A stretch of 64,000 nucleotides of DNA from a virus. The position numbers and the translations under genes are program-made. Below the pieces are notes generated by a model. It was not told the DNA's origin and made no database searches. It worked only from the letters and a program-made list of their open reading frames with translations. Positions 38,301 through 48,796 of the stretch are shown here, piece after piece (the stretch's first letter is position 1; each line of letters begins with the position of its first letter). The stretch covers positions 107,369-171,368 of IMG/VR virus record IMGVR_UViG_3300047557_001530, one strand, 5' to 3'.

Positions 38301-41300
38301 AAATCCTATTGGTGGTTCAAACATTATTGAAGCACAAGAAGGTAATGCAACTTCTGGTTCTGAAAATAGAAGAATTCCAATTTCTGGTGATTCTGAATTC
38401 CCTCTAGAGCAAAAACTTTATGTAGAACTTCGTCGTCCATCGATTGCTCGTTCTGGAAACCATACGTTTGAATATCTTGGCTTCGGTCCTGGTAACTATT
38501 CAACTGGTTTCCCACTTCGTCAGGAAGTTGTTCTTTCAGATACTCAAGACTTCTATGCACAGTCTAAGCGTGAAGATGGTGGTATCGTATTCTACACGGG
38601 TCTAAACTCTAACGGCGATCTTTACATCGGTAATAGAAAGATTAATGCTATTACTGGCGAAGAAACATTCTTAGAGCAAGCAATTCTTGAGGAGTCGGAA
38701 GATGATAGTGGTGACAACCTAGGATCTCTTGTTACGACATTTGACGTACCAGTTACTTTCAATGATCGTATCGTTGTTGAAGGTGATGCCAACTTTAACA
38801 ATCCTGTCACAATTACGGTAGACGCAGATGAAGGTGTTGCGTTAAGAGTTACCAGCGTAGTTGATGATGAATTAGGAGATGATATTTCACTAAGCAATAA
38901 GCAGCATCAAAATAATAATGATGGTGACATTACACTTGGCAAAAATAGAATTAATTCTGCAATCTATGGTATCATTCCAAGACAAATTCTTGGTAATGAT
39001 GGTCAATCATATTCTATTAGAACTCATTATTCTGCATCAACTGGTCCTACCAATATTACTCCAGACCAAAATAAGAGATTCAATATTCTTCAAGAAGTTA
39101 GCTACAGCACAACCCAAAAACCAGAAAATGGCGATATCTTATTAAAAGGTAAAGAAGTTGGATTGTCTGGTTCTCTTGGTTGGATTTATGCAAACTATTT
39201 TACAGTAATTGGCAATTCTAATATTCAAAATATTGTTAGTGATGGAACTTCATTAACAATAAATTGGATTCCTACAGTAACAAACCAGCAATTAAATGTT
39301 GTTCCAGGATCTAAATTAAGAATTTCTAGTTTTAATACTAATGCTAATCTAAATGGTACTTGGACTGTTCTATCTTCTGGATTTAACGCTAGTGCAAACT
39401 TCTGTAAGATTGTAATTACAATTTTACCAGCAAATGGCACAATTTATAACATTCCATCAAACTCTACATTTGAAATTTCTAGAGCTAACTGGAAAGAATA
39501 TGGTGTAATTGGCAGTGAAACTCTCAGAACAAATACAGAAACATTTGGTAGCTATAAATTAGGTATTAATACTATTGCTAGAGCATCTGATAGTGCATAC
39601 ACTAGAGGATTTGTAGACTCCGCAAGCGAAAACAACATTGCTCCTAGAGCAAACTTAGATGTAGTTGGTGAAACATTTATTAGCGGCAAAAATGTAGCTA
39701 TCACAGTAACTGGTGGGGTACAAACTAAAACCGAAACATTCTCCAACAATGCGTTGTTGGTTGGTGGCGATAGTTTAACTCCTGCAAATGCTGCAACATT
39801 GAGAGTTGCTACTACAAATAATGGTAGAGTTGGCATTAATGCCACCAACACTCAGTTAGATCGCTCGTTGGTTGTAGTTGGTAATGGTAGAATTACTGGT
39901 GATTTTAGATTTGAAAGTGATATAGAAGTTAATGGTGGAGATATTACTACCACAAATACTACGTTTAATTTTGTAAATCAAAATACTCTCACTGCATTTA
40001 ACGCTGGTGCTAATGCTACTAGTGTTGCTCTGTTCAATACAACAACTGGCAATCAAACAATTGATGTAGGAACATCAGCACTTACGACTACATTTAATTT
40101 ACATACTGGGTCTACAAATTCAACTATCAATTTAGGAGTAGTTTCAAATACTCTAGCAACAAATCGTTCAAATATTACAATTGGTGGAGCTTTTAATAAT
40201 CCTCCTCAAAGTATTTTCCGTGTAAGAAATTACAGAACAATTTTTGATGGAAGATTAACAATTCGTGGTGGATTTATTGAAGTAGATGAAACAGTAAACA
40301 GCTTTACCATGTTCCCTGATGGGTTAACTGAACTTAAGATTGCTGGCTCTGCAGGAACAGTAGAAATCGGTGGTGTTGCTGGTAGAACTACAATTAGGCA
40401 CGGATTAAAAACTCTTGGATCTGCTATTTTTGAAGCTGATATTACTCAAAATGGTGGCTATAGAAATTCTAATGTTGGTGTTACAAGAAACATTTTTGGT
40501 ACTATCAATATTGTACAAGTCTCTAGATCTGGTAATATTGCTAGAATTGTTACTGAACAAAGTCATCAACTAACTACTGGCGATACTGTAGAAATTAAGT
40601 GTAGCATTGAGACATTCAATACTGCAACTCCTGTAGCAGTAACTGTTGTAAATTCCACCACATTTACTTATGCTAATACTGGCACTTTTGTAGCCACCAG
40701 CACTGCTGCTACAGGTAGAGTATTGAGATCTGTTGGTCAATCGCAGCCAACAGGTTCTCTATCTAATTTAAACATTGACTACTATGCAGTAATTTCAGAT
40801 TTTGCTGCTGTAATGAATGTTGATGCTGTATTGAACAACAAACTTCTAACAGCATCTCCTTATGTAACTGATAATGATCCAGTCAAGTTTACAGATGTTG
40901 GTAATTTAGCGGGTGTTAATTCAAATGATGTTTACTATGTAAAATCTTCTGATACATCAGGATTTACATTATCTTCAACAATAAATGGTCCTACACTTAC
41001 AATTTCTTTACAATCTGGTACTACCAGCCCAGGAACTGCTAGAATCGTACTAGCAGGAACTACAGTTGATACTGAAGGTGATGAATATTGGGGAAGTGTT
41101 GATTATCAAAACGAGGATGGCACTTATACTTTACCAATTAACAATCCTTCAAATATTGCTTCAAACCAATATCTATTAATTGGTACTGAAATTGTTCGTG
41201 TTGTATCTGACCCAACTCCAACAAGACCATTTACAGTAAATGTATTACGTGCTCAAGATGGAACTGCACAAGTTGCTCATGCTGATGGAGAAAGAATCGT

Positions 41301-42669
41301 TCTTCTCAACAAGCAAGAAAATGCTTCATATGTTTTCCCAAATCCAGTAAGTCCAACATCTACAACTGTAAATATTGGAGAGCTATCTGCATTCCTACGT
41401 GTAAATGATATCTTTAGATTAAATAAAGGAACTCAGTTTGATGAATTTGTAAGAATTAGTGCAATCAATACTTCAGATGCACAAACTTTCAGTATTACGA
41501 ATGGAGATATTGGAAATGAAATAACTCCAAAAAATCCATTAGAATTGTTCAAAGTTATTTCTACCAGTGGAAATACACATATCATAGGTGATGTTATCAT
41601 TGGATATAATACAAATTCTCCAGATGAAAATCAAACAAACACGATTGCGGTTGCTGATGCATTTGGTTTCAACTCCAGCACTTCTACAGGATCTTCTATT
41701 GCAACTTCTGGTGGTGGTAATTTAAAAGTTCACAACTCAATTGAACTAAGTGGCAACACTTCTACAACTACTCCAGGAAAACAATATTTTGTAATTACAA
41801 ATGGTAGTGCCCCTAGATTCTATGTTGAATCTGCAACAGGCAACACTAGACTATATAACGGTGCAAACCTAACTGTATTCAAAGATTCATTCTTTGCTGA
41901 TGGAACATTTGATAAGTCTAGAACTGATATTGCTTCAAATATAGCATTCCAAGTTATTGGATCTACTGGTGACACTAAGATTGCTGGTACGTTAAGAGCA
42001 GGTGATGACTTTACAGTTGGAACATTACAAAATCCTGCTAATGCAGAAACAATTAGTAATATATTTACAACTAGATTTAGTGTAGATGCTCAGACAGGAA
42101 CCACATTTATTGGAAGACACTTAACAATTAATGGTCTTTCTTCTGCAACTCCCGCTGAAAGTGTTGTGCCATTTGCTATCGATAACTTAGGAGTAAATGG
42201 AACAAATGAATTCCGTATTAAGCAAGATAGATCTATTGATTCTTTCGGTGAGGATAGATTCTACAATAAGAATGGTGGTAGAAAGACAATCTTTGTTTCT
42301 ACTCAAGGAAATACTGATGCAACTGCAGTAGAATTGAGACCAAATTTACAATATGCAGTAAGACCAGCTTCAACCTTAATCCTAAAACTTCCTTCACAAG
42401 CGGTAACTGGAGATACGATTAGAATTGTAGATGTTGGTGGAGCACTAAGCTTCTCGGTAAATCTTGTGGTCAGAGCACCATCTAACGTACAAATTCAAGG
42501 AAAACTTGGAGGAACAACTTTAGGTGGATTAGGTTCTGAGTACAGCAGTGGTGAATTAGTTGTAAATACTCCTAATGCTGCATTTGGTCTAATTTATATT
42601 GGGGATACGGATGGAGATGGTAATGGTGTTCCTGGAGAACAGCAAGGTTGGTTCCTAATGGAGATCTAA
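32332..42669 (+). CDS. Giant (3445 aa) virion structural / tail-fiber-associated protein
   Basis: LYVSP...D...NRGNS..RPFKTIQRA N-terminus and repeated C.RDIGY..DA...D...GGN units typical of cyanomyovirus structural proteins; late promoter. Confidence 0.8.
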   Translation: MALTRLDNLYSSKTGKYLYVSPDDFNATDELDNRGNSPLRPFKTIQRAFIEVARYSYLPNAEDRFDQFSIMLMPGNHYIDNRPGVAEVTNKEPRYFDGADLIEANRQEIIDRAFAQIAIDYNEVSWGTDWVVPGDVTENSLNRFFDAYRLIQKNRTEIIQTAYQGMLDANPGFVVPGTPGVDDIKCQRDIGYFIDAISLDVCLGGGNKYTRKFVQNYFNAAGNSWLSNTLEGEEQQSIDAFAAARDEMNAALTNQLTYKDLSITVDPVTNDNESVNSCANVRSLVFSLSQIVLDVIEDGNLNDLPGETSAPAIGDGQNICKRDIGYVVDAIISDLKTGGNSNIVQAARSYFDRNGLPISNGLIGEEAQSIVAFNAARDMMRKAVSNRLYSKDLTLLAGPSVANGSGLIQPLLPSGNEMACVDVQDTISSLILILTTVISDGNLSSLDEIEITGDIPIFNYNQALEEWNDNSILDLSNPDNVLYKFNATTGGAIVPRGCSLIGYDLRRTIVRPLYVPDPADGTQERTSIFNLTGGCYLWQFTIKDGDLSANSPLFDSTANVGKVYYQAGNTLQLAVPEYSHHKICIMEYADGEELDRYYTKVGRAFSRFQPTIDDGDFEALVQENRIVGPLSDTRRIESIKITDSTPAGTITVQITTKIDHGYFVDQYIAILNNGLSDQLNGTFKVTRTNVDGNPKVFEYTILGSISALGNSELESGATYTVANGLDANAVSQAEIDSVESASPYVFNCSIRSTWGMCGMWADGSKATGFKSMVVAQYTGVSLQKDDRAFIRYDRFTNTWNQASLTDAFATVPYHTKGDAYWKDDWRNFHIRASDDAFIQCVSVFAVGFFDHFLMESGGDMSITNSNSNFGNTSLHAVGFKGFAFNQDKGGYITDIIPPRVINTAASNELKIQYYTLDILASNDQDNHTRVYIGSDAATDPANRPAASVAGYRIGAKQDEKLYVKLDIGTAYSTLEPTGFTSYTASLETLNPSGIQINNRAQDAADRVEDNKEFIQSEAYEYIIAKYPELLTNTNITISKCKRDIGYFVDAVVSDLRLGGNINTVQAAEGYFVGGSLAYINSELIETIDALDYVKNLSIAAMRNFDYLRTTCLTTAGSPIVNVGDTTGLVIGMKVEEYTTNSFLNGKLIESPNLITSNISSGTYIKNIIDSNTIELGTFGSKLDQGASKNALQNSSNAWLYFTLEDGAWYDQHSVELTTDPSLIQATEYPECVDIATTITQYFDDIKLTLNQGPNTVVKIEPEIDYAGLTQRATIFTINTGGSSSNPHTWETGTPVKLIPRARAGTNPDKRLIRLPNGFETNTKYYVIAPGRKTEPYDYSGTTYFNGADQTKLMLAATKENAAAGIYIYSPETESIDPDVEIVVEQYVLDDVYDLHKYKCNFTGGDTQNIETDIAHIFDLPNAAVPPQKVFFRVAEDILDSELPQISGQGNINPQQYYYVRYVTSKKFTIHTTHADAISGNNEVSFVGGTGKNFYVFANKRRSPLLFDAEYSIDGNTSGLWYLQVQDESSGLTPRTDSILTRFHDITAYGPGTGKIRTLDSWYTRVQDARSKEDRVYRLRYVIPKYLETVRDPLNGFVLKIRTDDKRRLVPQRIVLAPVAGNTQNTAVFKNPVGFQETIGLTQNEYVNDLINPIDISVFEQSPEKRVSLYDPYASPKVVETESNIAFTIQSARKVTNNYLEIIAFDHTIINQSLKNETFTVVEISQPQGGSGAFNSALNAEIINWSGFSSGSAIVHSYKTVGNRYFLVLRIIEGSIQYSPVIATSFSQINNPFTITANLVAKANSVGDPEGKDKSDRKDYLYRVDGANVYTLVPGDFINDDTGKRYQIVSVEDVGNLEDTFYIFDINEVQERIAGQQDGIYYLTCVRGNISPFPTNPGVGDNFKNYKFSQPISQLYPQNYKNDPVWFKQLNPAYNDAPIAISAADNYVHGLVTINDSKRSETKEVVYDMIEQPALSRYDFVKSEELVSVTPNPIGGSNIIEAQEGNATSGSENRRIPISGDSEFPLEQKLYVELRRPSIARSGNHTFEYLGFGPGNYSTGFPLRQEVVLSDTQDFYAQSKREDGGIVFYTGLNSNGDLYIGNRKINAITGEETFLEQAILEESEDDSGDNLGSLVTTFDVPVTFNDRIVVEGDANFNNPVTITVDADEGVALRVTSVVDDELGDDISLSNKQHQNNNDGDITLGKNRINSAIYGIIPRQILGNDGQSYSIRTHYSASTGPTNITPDQNKRFNILQEVSYSTTQKPENGDILLKGKEVGLSGSLGWIYANYFTVIGNSNIQNIVSDGTSLTINWIPTVTNQQLNVVPGSKLRISSFNTNANLNGTWTVLSSGFNASANFCKIVITILPANGTIYNIPSNSTFEISRANWKEYGVIGSETLRTNTETFGSYKLGINTIARASDSAYTRGFVDSASENNIAPRANLDVVGETFISGKNVAITVTGGVQTKTETFSNNALLVGGDSLTPANAATLRVATTNNGRVGINATNTQLDRSLVVVGNGRITGDFRFESDIEVNGGDITTTNTTFNFVNQNTLTAFNAGANATSVALFNTTTGNQTIDVGTSALTTTFNLHTGSTNSTINLGVVSNTLATNRSNITIGGAFNNPPQSIFRVRNYRTIFDGRLTIRGGFIEVDETVNSFTMFPDGLTELKIAGSAGTVEIGGVAGRTTIRHGLKTLGSAIFEADITQNGGYRNSNVGVTRNIFGTINIVQVSRSGNIARIVTEQSHQLTTGDTVEIKCSIETFNTATPVAVTVVNSTTFTYANTGTFVATSTAATGRVLRSVGQSQPTGSLSNLNIDYYAVISDFAAVMNVDAVLNNKLLTASPYVTDNDPVKFTDVGNLAGVNSNDVYYVKSSDTSGFTLSSTINGPTLTISLQSGTTSPGTARIVLAGTTVDTEGDEYWGSVDYQNEDGTYTLPINNPSNIASNQYLLIGTEIVRVVSDPTPTRPFTVNVLRAQDGTAQVAHADGERIVLLNKQENASYVFPNPVSPTSTTVNIGELSAFLRVNDIFRLNKGTQFDEFVRISAINTSDAQTFSITNGDIGNEITPKNPLELFKVISTSGNTHIIGDVIIGYNTNSPDENQTNTIAVADAFGFNSSTSTGSSIATSGGGNLKVHNSIELSGNTSTTTPGKQYFVITNGSAPRFYVESATGNTRLYNGANLTVFKDSFFADGTFDKSRTDIASNIAFQVIGSTGDTKIAGTLRAGDDFTVGTLQNPANAETISNIFTTRFSVDAQTGTTFIGRHLTINGLSSATPAESVVPFAIDNLGVNGTNEFRIKQDRSIDSFGEDRFYNKNGGRKTIFVSTQGNTDATAVELRPNLQYAVRPASTLILKLPSQAVTGDTIRIVDVGGALSFSVNLVVRAPSNVQIQGKLGGTTLGGLGSEYSSGELVVNTPNAAFGLIYIGDTDGDGNGVPGEQQGWFLMEI

Positions 42670-42672
42670 TAA

Positions 42673-43782
42673 ATGGCATACGCAGATACTGTTAATTACA
42701 ACACAATAAAATCTATGAGAGGATATCCCATAGGAACTATAATTCCTTGGGCTGGAGAAATTGATACAATTCCTTATGGGTGGATTACTTGCGGGGGATC
42801 CACCCCAGCAATATCAAGATACCCTCTTTTGTATGAAGTTATTGGCAATACTTATGGAGGAACAGAAGGAAGTACGTTTAGAATTCCTAATTTAAATGAT
42901 GGATCTTCTGCGGTAATGGACATTTACCAAGGTCATTTTAATTATCTTCAAAATGCTGGAGATGCTCACAAACCACAAAATACTAACAGAACTTTAGATT
43001 CTTTTTGGTCTATAGTTGGAGCTGCAGATAATGGTAACAGACCAGGATCAACTCAAACAAATTGGCTATCTACAGTTGATGTTGTTGGTGAACAAGTATC
43101 TAGACCAGATGTTGTGGCTAGACATGGTGCATTTTCTATAAGTGAAGGTGATGTTTCATTTACTTTTTCTGTAAATGAAAGAAAATTGAGTGATAGACAC
43201 GTACCAAATCATTCTCACGATTATGAAGTAGATGGATCTCCATCTTATTCTCGCAGAAGCAATTTAGCAACAATTAACTCAAACTACTTTTTTGATGATG
43301 GTGTTTGTGCTCTTTCTGGAACAAGAACAGAAGTAACTAGATCTACAAATGATCCGCCGATTGACGGAACACAAATGGCTAATGTTGGTGCATCAAATAC
43401 AATTTCAACAACATTTAGAGCAGGTGGAGGTAATATTATTAACGACCAACCTACGTGGGATGGACAAAATAGGGCTACTGGATTTAGCAGTGGAGATGGA
43501 TTTAGTGGTGGTGATATGTGGTCAAACAGAAGTGGTACTAGATACTTTTGGAGTAGCTTGAGCCACGCAGAAAAATCTTTCTCTCAAATTAATGGACACT
43601 CCCATGGTTCTTTGGAATATAACTGGGTAAGTAAAATTAAAATAATTAATCCTGGTATTGTTTCTGATGTACGAACAAATACCGTTACAATTGATAATAC
43701 CCCAGGCATTAACTTTGGATCTATAAATATGAATAGTTCTACAGCTACTTTGACAATGAATTTTATTATTAAAGCTTTTTAA
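42673..43782 (+). CDS. Tail-collar-domain fiber protein
   Basis: PIGTIIPWAG..IPYGWITC.G...YPLLYEVIGNTYGG...FRIPNL; HSH motifs; FIIKA end. Confidence 0.85.
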   Translation: MAYADTVNYNTIKSMRGYPIGTIIPWAGEIDTIPYGWITCGGSTPAISRYPLLYEVIGNTYGGTEGSTFRIPNLNDGSSAVMDIYQGHFNYLQNAGDAHKPQNTNRTLDSFWSIVGAADNGNRPGSTQTNWLSTVDVVGEQVSRPDVVARHGAFSISEGDVSFTFSVNERKLSDRHVPNHSHDYEVDGSPSYSRRSNLATINSNYFFDDGVCALSGTRTEVTRSTNDPPIDGTQMANVGASNTISTTFRAGGGNIINDQPTWDGQNRATGFSSGDGFSGGDMWSNRSGTRYFWSSLSHAEKSFSQINGHSHGSLEYNWVSKIKIINPGIVSDVRTNTVTIDNTPGINFGSINMNSSTATLTMNFIIKAF

Positions 43783-43792
43783 GAATAAAGAC

Positions 43793-44725
43793 ATGGCATA
43801 CTATAGCTTTGAAAAAGGAAAATATGGAGGTCCTTGTGGGGCAATTTTTCCTTTTTTCAGAACATTATCTGGACTATCTGCACTTGGAGAAGATTATTTA
43901 AATTATATACCAGCAGGATACTTGAAGTGTAGAGGACAAATTTTATCTGCTAATGAATATCCCAATTTAGCAAGAATATTGGGAGTTGGAAATTCCTGCA
44001 TTTACAAAAAACCAAATAGTATTTTGCAAGAACCAGACGAAGATGGAACTGGTGGAACTTTTCAATTGCCAGACTTAGGTTCAAAATACATTACTGGTAG
44101 TAGCACTTCAGGCACATATCAAAATACCACTACAGTAAATCAAACGACGGGAGCTGAAATAGATAGAGCTGGCGTTGAAGTAGAAATAACATCTCAAGGA
44201 CCCTCTGTAGAATTTAATTACACTGGTGATTTTAGAGTTCCTGGAAGAACCATAAATCTTACTGGTCAGATGTCTATATCATCACCACCAACATCTACAG
44301 ATCAATCAACTGTTGCTATTGGACAAACATTAGCACATGGTCATAATTCTAGTTTTAGAATATCCAGAAGAATTAACTATCGTACTGATGCATTGAGACT
44401 TGCTAGATTTAGAAGAAGTAATGGTTTCTTTGGTTATTTGTGCCGTAGGGGAGCAAATGATACTAGATGTGTAGGTTCTGATCAATTCGGTCTTGCACAT
44501 AAAGTAGTTTCTGCTCTTGAGGAAGGAACAGACTCAGGAACAAATCATAGACATTTTGGTGTATTCCCTGTTAAAAATAGCGAAACTAAATCTGCTTCCA
44601 CTAGAGATGTATTGATATCCGCTGGACCTTTGACTACCACTGTAAATATTAATACAGCAAATACAGCAAAAATGGATGATATTGCACCAAAATTTATATT
44701 ATGTGAATATTTAATTAAATATTAA
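43793..44725 (+). CDS. Tail-collar-domain fiber protein
   Basis: IPAGYLKCRGQ...YPNLARILG...FQLPDL; HGH; YLIKY end. Confidence 0.82.
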   Translation: MAYYSFEKGKYGGPCGAIFPFFRTLSGLSALGEDYLNYIPAGYLKCRGQILSANEYPNLARILGVGNSCIYKKPNSILQEPDEDGTGGTFQLPDLGSKYITGSSTSGTYQNTTTVNQTTGAEIDRAGVEVEITSQGPSVEFNYTGDFRVPGRTINLTGQMSISSPPTSTDQSTVAIGQTLAHGHNSSFRISRRINYRTDALRLARFRRSNGFFGYLCRRGANDTRCVGSDQFGLAHKVVSALEEGTDSGTNHRHFGVFPVKNSETKSASTRDVLISAGPLTTTVNINTANTAKMDDIAPKFILCEYLIKY

Positions 44726-44740
44726 ATCAGAGAATAAAAA

Positions 44741-47700
44741 ATGGCAATTCAAATTAGTAGTTTAAGTCCAGTAAGTCCTGTAATACCTGCAGGTTCTACA
44801 GTAACTTTCGTTGTTACTGCAGCTGAAAGTGAGCCAGGGAGGCAGTTAGAATACGAATGGCAATTTTCTATTAATGGTGGATTGTCATATACGTCAAGTG
44901 GATTATTTAATAATACCAGTGATACTTTTACTACTAGTCCTTTATCACAAAATCAATCTGGAATTTATTTCAGGGTAAAAGTAACAAGTTTAACTGGTTC
45001 TAATGTAAATGAAATTGTTTATAGTGATGAAGTACCTGCAATTGGAGACAGAATAGTAACTGTAGTTGCAGCTCCATCAATTACCACAACTGCAGAATAT
45101 GAACCTTCGTATACTGTACCTGTAGCTTCAACTTTAAACCTTGTTGTTAGTGCAACAATGTTGAATGTTGACATTAGCAATCCAAGTAATTTGAGTGGAT
45201 TGAATATAGAATGGCAAGAAAGTTCAAACAATGGTGATAGCTGGACAACTATAACTCCAGGAACATTTGGTCAATTTACTTATGCTATTACAACCGAACT
45301 CATACAAGCATCTAGTAGTCCTGTTGCTTATGTTAAACAGTCTACATTAAGTTTACAAAATATTACGTTTGCTAGCAACAACTATCAATATAGGGCTAGA
45401 ATAACATATTCTGGTGCTAGCAATAGTCCAACTATCGTAGCACCAACTACAATACTTGTAAACCCAACAATATCAATTATTCAACAACCAGGATTAAATC
45501 CTAATGATACTAAAGTTCCAGTTCAATGCTATAAAACTTCTATATCAAATAGTGGAGAATTGCGTGTTAGTGTAGGAGCTTTTACTACATCTGGTCAAAC
45601 TATCGCTTATGCTTGGGAATTTTCTGTTATAGATTTTGATGGTAACGCTAGTGCATGGAATACTATTCAATATGGCATTGATAATTTTTGGTTTAGATAT
45701 AAAACTGGAACTGGAGGATCTACGGATGTTCTTGAACTTCAAAGAGTAATATACTTTGAAAGAATTGGATTTAGAGTAACAATTTCTGGAAGTGCTGGAG
45801 AAGTTCCTGTAACTTCTGATCCTCATTACATTTACATGAAAGACATTCAGGTTTTACCTGAAAGCTTACCAAATAAAGAATCTCTAGAAGATTTTTATGA
45901 TCCTGAAGTTGTACCAAATTCAGAAAGAGCTTTATACACACAATATCCAATTCAATCTGTATTGTATGAATCATTCTTAAATGTTGCAAGAAATACAGGA
46001 TTGAATGGCGAAATTACAATGACTTTCCAAAGACAAAATCCAGGTTCAACTACTTGGAGCGATGTCGGAATTTCTGCAACATATACTCCAATATATGATG
46101 TATACACAGCAACGCCAACTGATTCTATAGTTCCTCTAGAAATTACTTATACAACACCTCCATTAAGAATTAATTTAGACAATCAAGCAAGATACAGATT
46201 AAAAGTATTATCTACGGCTGTTTATACTTTAAGTAATAATGTAAAAACACTTACTCCGTTTTATACATCTTCTTCTACATTAACAATTTATAGAGCAATC
46301 TATATTACTTCTCAACCATCTGATATAACATCTTATAACAATCAACCAGCATCTTTCCTTGTCGGTGCTACTCCAACCAGTACAGCACCAATAACATATC
46401 AATGGCAAGATTCTACTTCATCAACTACTGGTTGGGCTAACATAGTTAATGGTGGAATATACAGTGGGGCAACTACAAATTTATTAACTTTATCTCAAGT
46501 AACTTCTGCACTCACTAGAAGATATTTTAGATGTATTGTAAACACAACAAATACTCTTTCTTCTGCAACATCTAACACAGCACAGGTAAATATTCTTCGT
46601 GATGTATTCTCTTCTGTTGGTTCCTTAAATGACTATAGTGTTGATGAATTTGACCCTATATCATGGACTGTAGAAGCTCAAAGTTTGAGCTTGGGGGCTA
46701 TTTCGTATCAATGGCAAAAGAGCACCAATTTCACCTCATCAAATCCTTCTGGTGCTACATGGACCAATATTGCAGGACAAACAACAAATACATATACAAT
46801 AGCAAGTGTAATTAAATCAGCAGATGAAGGATATTATAGATGTAGATTAACATCTGCTGGGGGAGAAGTTACGTTTACAAATGCAGCTTTATTAAGTATT
46901 AATAAAGTAGAAATTCGTATAATTCAAAATATACCAACAACATTAACATTCTTGGAAGCTGCTGAAAATGAAAGAACTTTTACTGTTCAAGCTGTCGCTT
47001 CTAGAGGTGCTGCTCCAACTTATCAATGGCAAATAAGACGAGTTGGTGATGCAGCATTTTCTGATTTAGGACTGGGTTATAATGGTCAACAACCAACAGG
47101 TTCAAGTTATACTCCAAGAGCTTTTGATGCTGTAATAGATACTGGGGCTAAAATTAGATGTGCAATTACTGCTGCCGAAGTTCCTGGCGTAGTATATTCA
47201 AATGAATGTACTATAAGTGTAAATAGAAGATTTTTCTATTTTGCTGATTCTGCTACCAAAAATGTGAACACAGGAGGAAATTTTGCTCTAGATTTATCTC
47301 CATCTTCTACTGGTGGAACACCTACATTCCAATGGCAGATAAGCACTAACAATGGATCTACATGGTCTAATATTTCAGGAGAAACATCTTCTACATTATT
47401 CATCTCAAATGTATCTTCTTCTTTAAATGGGTATCTTTACAGATGTCAAGTAACTCTTGCCAATTGTACTCAATATCAATATAGTAGAAACAATGTAGTT
47501 TTTATTGATGCAGCTTCATCTGTTGGTTTTACTCAATCGGTTCGTCTTAATGTTCTTGCTGCAGCAATTAAACCAAGATATTACAGTAAAGAAATAGTAA
47601 AAACTGGAGCTGCAATTGGAACTGTCATTTGTGTTCCGAAACCTGCTGGTTATGTTAATGACCCTGCAGCAACTGGCGATGACATAACCAATTGGAAAGT

Positions 47701-48775
47701 TTCTTTAACTGGCGACATAACCACAAATGGATCGACATCTTCTACAGTAACTAGTGGTTCCATTTATAGTGCAAATAAACCTTCGTGGGTTACTGACTCT
47801 AACTACAGATCACCAAAATGGCTAATTAACGATGATAGATTCCCTGGGTTTATTGAATTAAGAGGACAATGGGTATTAAAATCTGACTTCCCTATGTTGT
47901 ATAGAATTATAGGTGATACCTATGGTTCAACTTCTACTCTATTCAAATTACCTCTACCATATGGTAAAAAAATAATGGGAACGGGTAATGTAAACAATAA
48001 TGGAGGCAATGTATCTATTGTGCCATTATACACGCCTGCAGGAACTTTGGGTGGCGATAAGAATGAAGCTGGTTCTATTGGTGGTGTATGGAACTATATT
48101 AGATCTGCTCAACTTCCTCCTGGATCTCCAGGAAGCACTAACCAACCAGATGGAACTGCAGGAGAATCCAACGAAGAAACATTCTCTGTAGGAAATTTCA
48201 ACACAACAGGATTTACTGAATGCGAAGGTGTTGCAGATACTTCTTTCACAGGATCATTTACTTTTACTGTAGGTCCTCTTTTGACAGCAAATATAGTTTC
48301 TGTGCCACCACACTCTCACATCGGTATTGTTGCTGGATTTATAGAAGGTTATATTGCTGACTCTGGTGGTTGTGAAGGTCTTGGTGTAATTAATCCACCT
48401 TTCTACGGGGTTGATTCTGCTGGTGGAGAAATTCTCGACGGACCAGATGGAGTTCCTGCAGAAGAAAGAGGTTTACCACACTCTCATGGATTGAGCACTG
48501 CTCCAATAGCAGCGGGTAATAGTAGCTCTAATCACAATGATGGAATAGGTGACACTTCAGCATCTGCTTCTATTACAACAACGACTGCAATTCAAACGAC
48601 ACCTGGATCTAGTGCTTCGTCAGCAAACGTATTTCTAGAGCCAGCTCCAATCACATTAACCAATGCTTCACGACCAATTTTTAACTCTTCGTTAAGATTT
48701 TATTTGAGAAACAATGAAGAATTGCCAGTCAATTCCAACTATTATAGAATGAAGTATATGATTAAAGCGTACTAA
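44741..48775 (+). CDS. Ig-like-repeat fiber protein with a C-terminal tail-collar domain
   Basis: Repeated Y(Q/E)WQ.S...W..I.G......YRC units; GFIEL.G...FP.LY.IIG.TYG; HSH; YMIKAY. Confidence 0.8.
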   Translation: MAIQISSLSPVSPVIPAGSTVTFVVTAAESEPGRQLEYEWQFSINGGLSYTSSGLFNNTSDTFTTSPLSQNQSGIYFRVKVTSLTGSNVNEIVYSDEVPAIGDRIVTVVAAPSITTTAEYEPSYTVPVASTLNLVVSATMLNVDISNPSNLSGLNIEWQESSNNGDSWTTITPGTFGQFTYAITTELIQASSSPVAYVKQSTLSLQNITFASNNYQYRARITYSGASNSPTIVAPTTILVNPTISIIQQPGLNPNDTKVPVQCYKTSISNSGELRVSVGAFTTSGQTIAYAWEFSVIDFDGNASAWNTIQYGIDNFWFRYKTGTGGSTDVLELQRVIYFERIGFRVTISGSAGEVPVTSDPHYIYMKDIQVLPESLPNKESLEDFYDPEVVPNSERALYTQYPIQSVLYESFLNVARNTGLNGEITMTFQRQNPGSTTWSDVGISATYTPIYDVYTATPTDSIVPLEITYTTPPLRINLDNQARYRLKVLSTAVYTLSNNVKTLTPFYTSSSTLTIYRAIYITSQPSDITSYNNQPASFLVGATPTSTAPITYQWQDSTSSTTGWANIVNGGIYSGATTNLLTLSQVTSALTRRYFRCIVNTTNTLSSATSNTAQVNILRDVFSSVGSLNDYSVDEFDPISWTVEAQSLSLGAISYQWQKSTNFTSSNPSGATWTNIAGQTTNTYTIASVIKSADEGYYRCRLTSAGGEVTFTNAALLSINKVEIRIIQNIPTTLTFLEAAENERTFTVQAVASRGAAPTYQWQIRRVGDAAFSDLGLGYNGQQPTGSSYTPRAFDAVIDTGAKIRCAITAAEVPGVVYSNECTISVNRRFFYFADSATKNVNTGGNFALDLSPSSTGGTPTFQWQISTNNGSTWSNISGETSSTLFISNVSSSLNGYLYRCQVTLANCTQYQYSRNNVVFIDAASSVGFTQSVRLNVLAAAIKPRYYSKEIVKTGAAIGTVICVPKPAGYVNDPAATGDDITNWKVSLTGDITTNGSTSSTVTSGSIYSANKPSWVTDSNYRSPKWLINDDRFPGFIELRGQWVLKSDFPMLYRIIGDTYGSTSTLFKLPLPYGKKIMGTGNVNNNGGNVSIVPLYTPAGTLGGDKNEAGSIGGVWNYIRSAQLPPGSPGSTNQPDGTAGESNEETFSVGNFNTTGFTECEGVADTSFTGSFTFTVGPLLTANIVSVPPHSHIGIVAGFIEGYIADSGGCEGLGVINPPFYGVDSAGGEILDGPDGVPAEERGLPHSHGLSTAPIAAGNSSSNHNDGIGDTSASASITTTTAIQTTPGSSASSANVFLEPAPITLTNASRPIFNSSLRFYLRNNEELPVNSNYYRMKYMIKAY

Positions 48776-48796
48776 ATACAAAAAAAGGGATTAATC

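Noticed and set aside
32332-48775. Diversity-generating retroelement or intein in the fiber genes
   Set aside because: No reverse transcriptase, adenine-variable repeat pair or intein terminal motifs were noticed.
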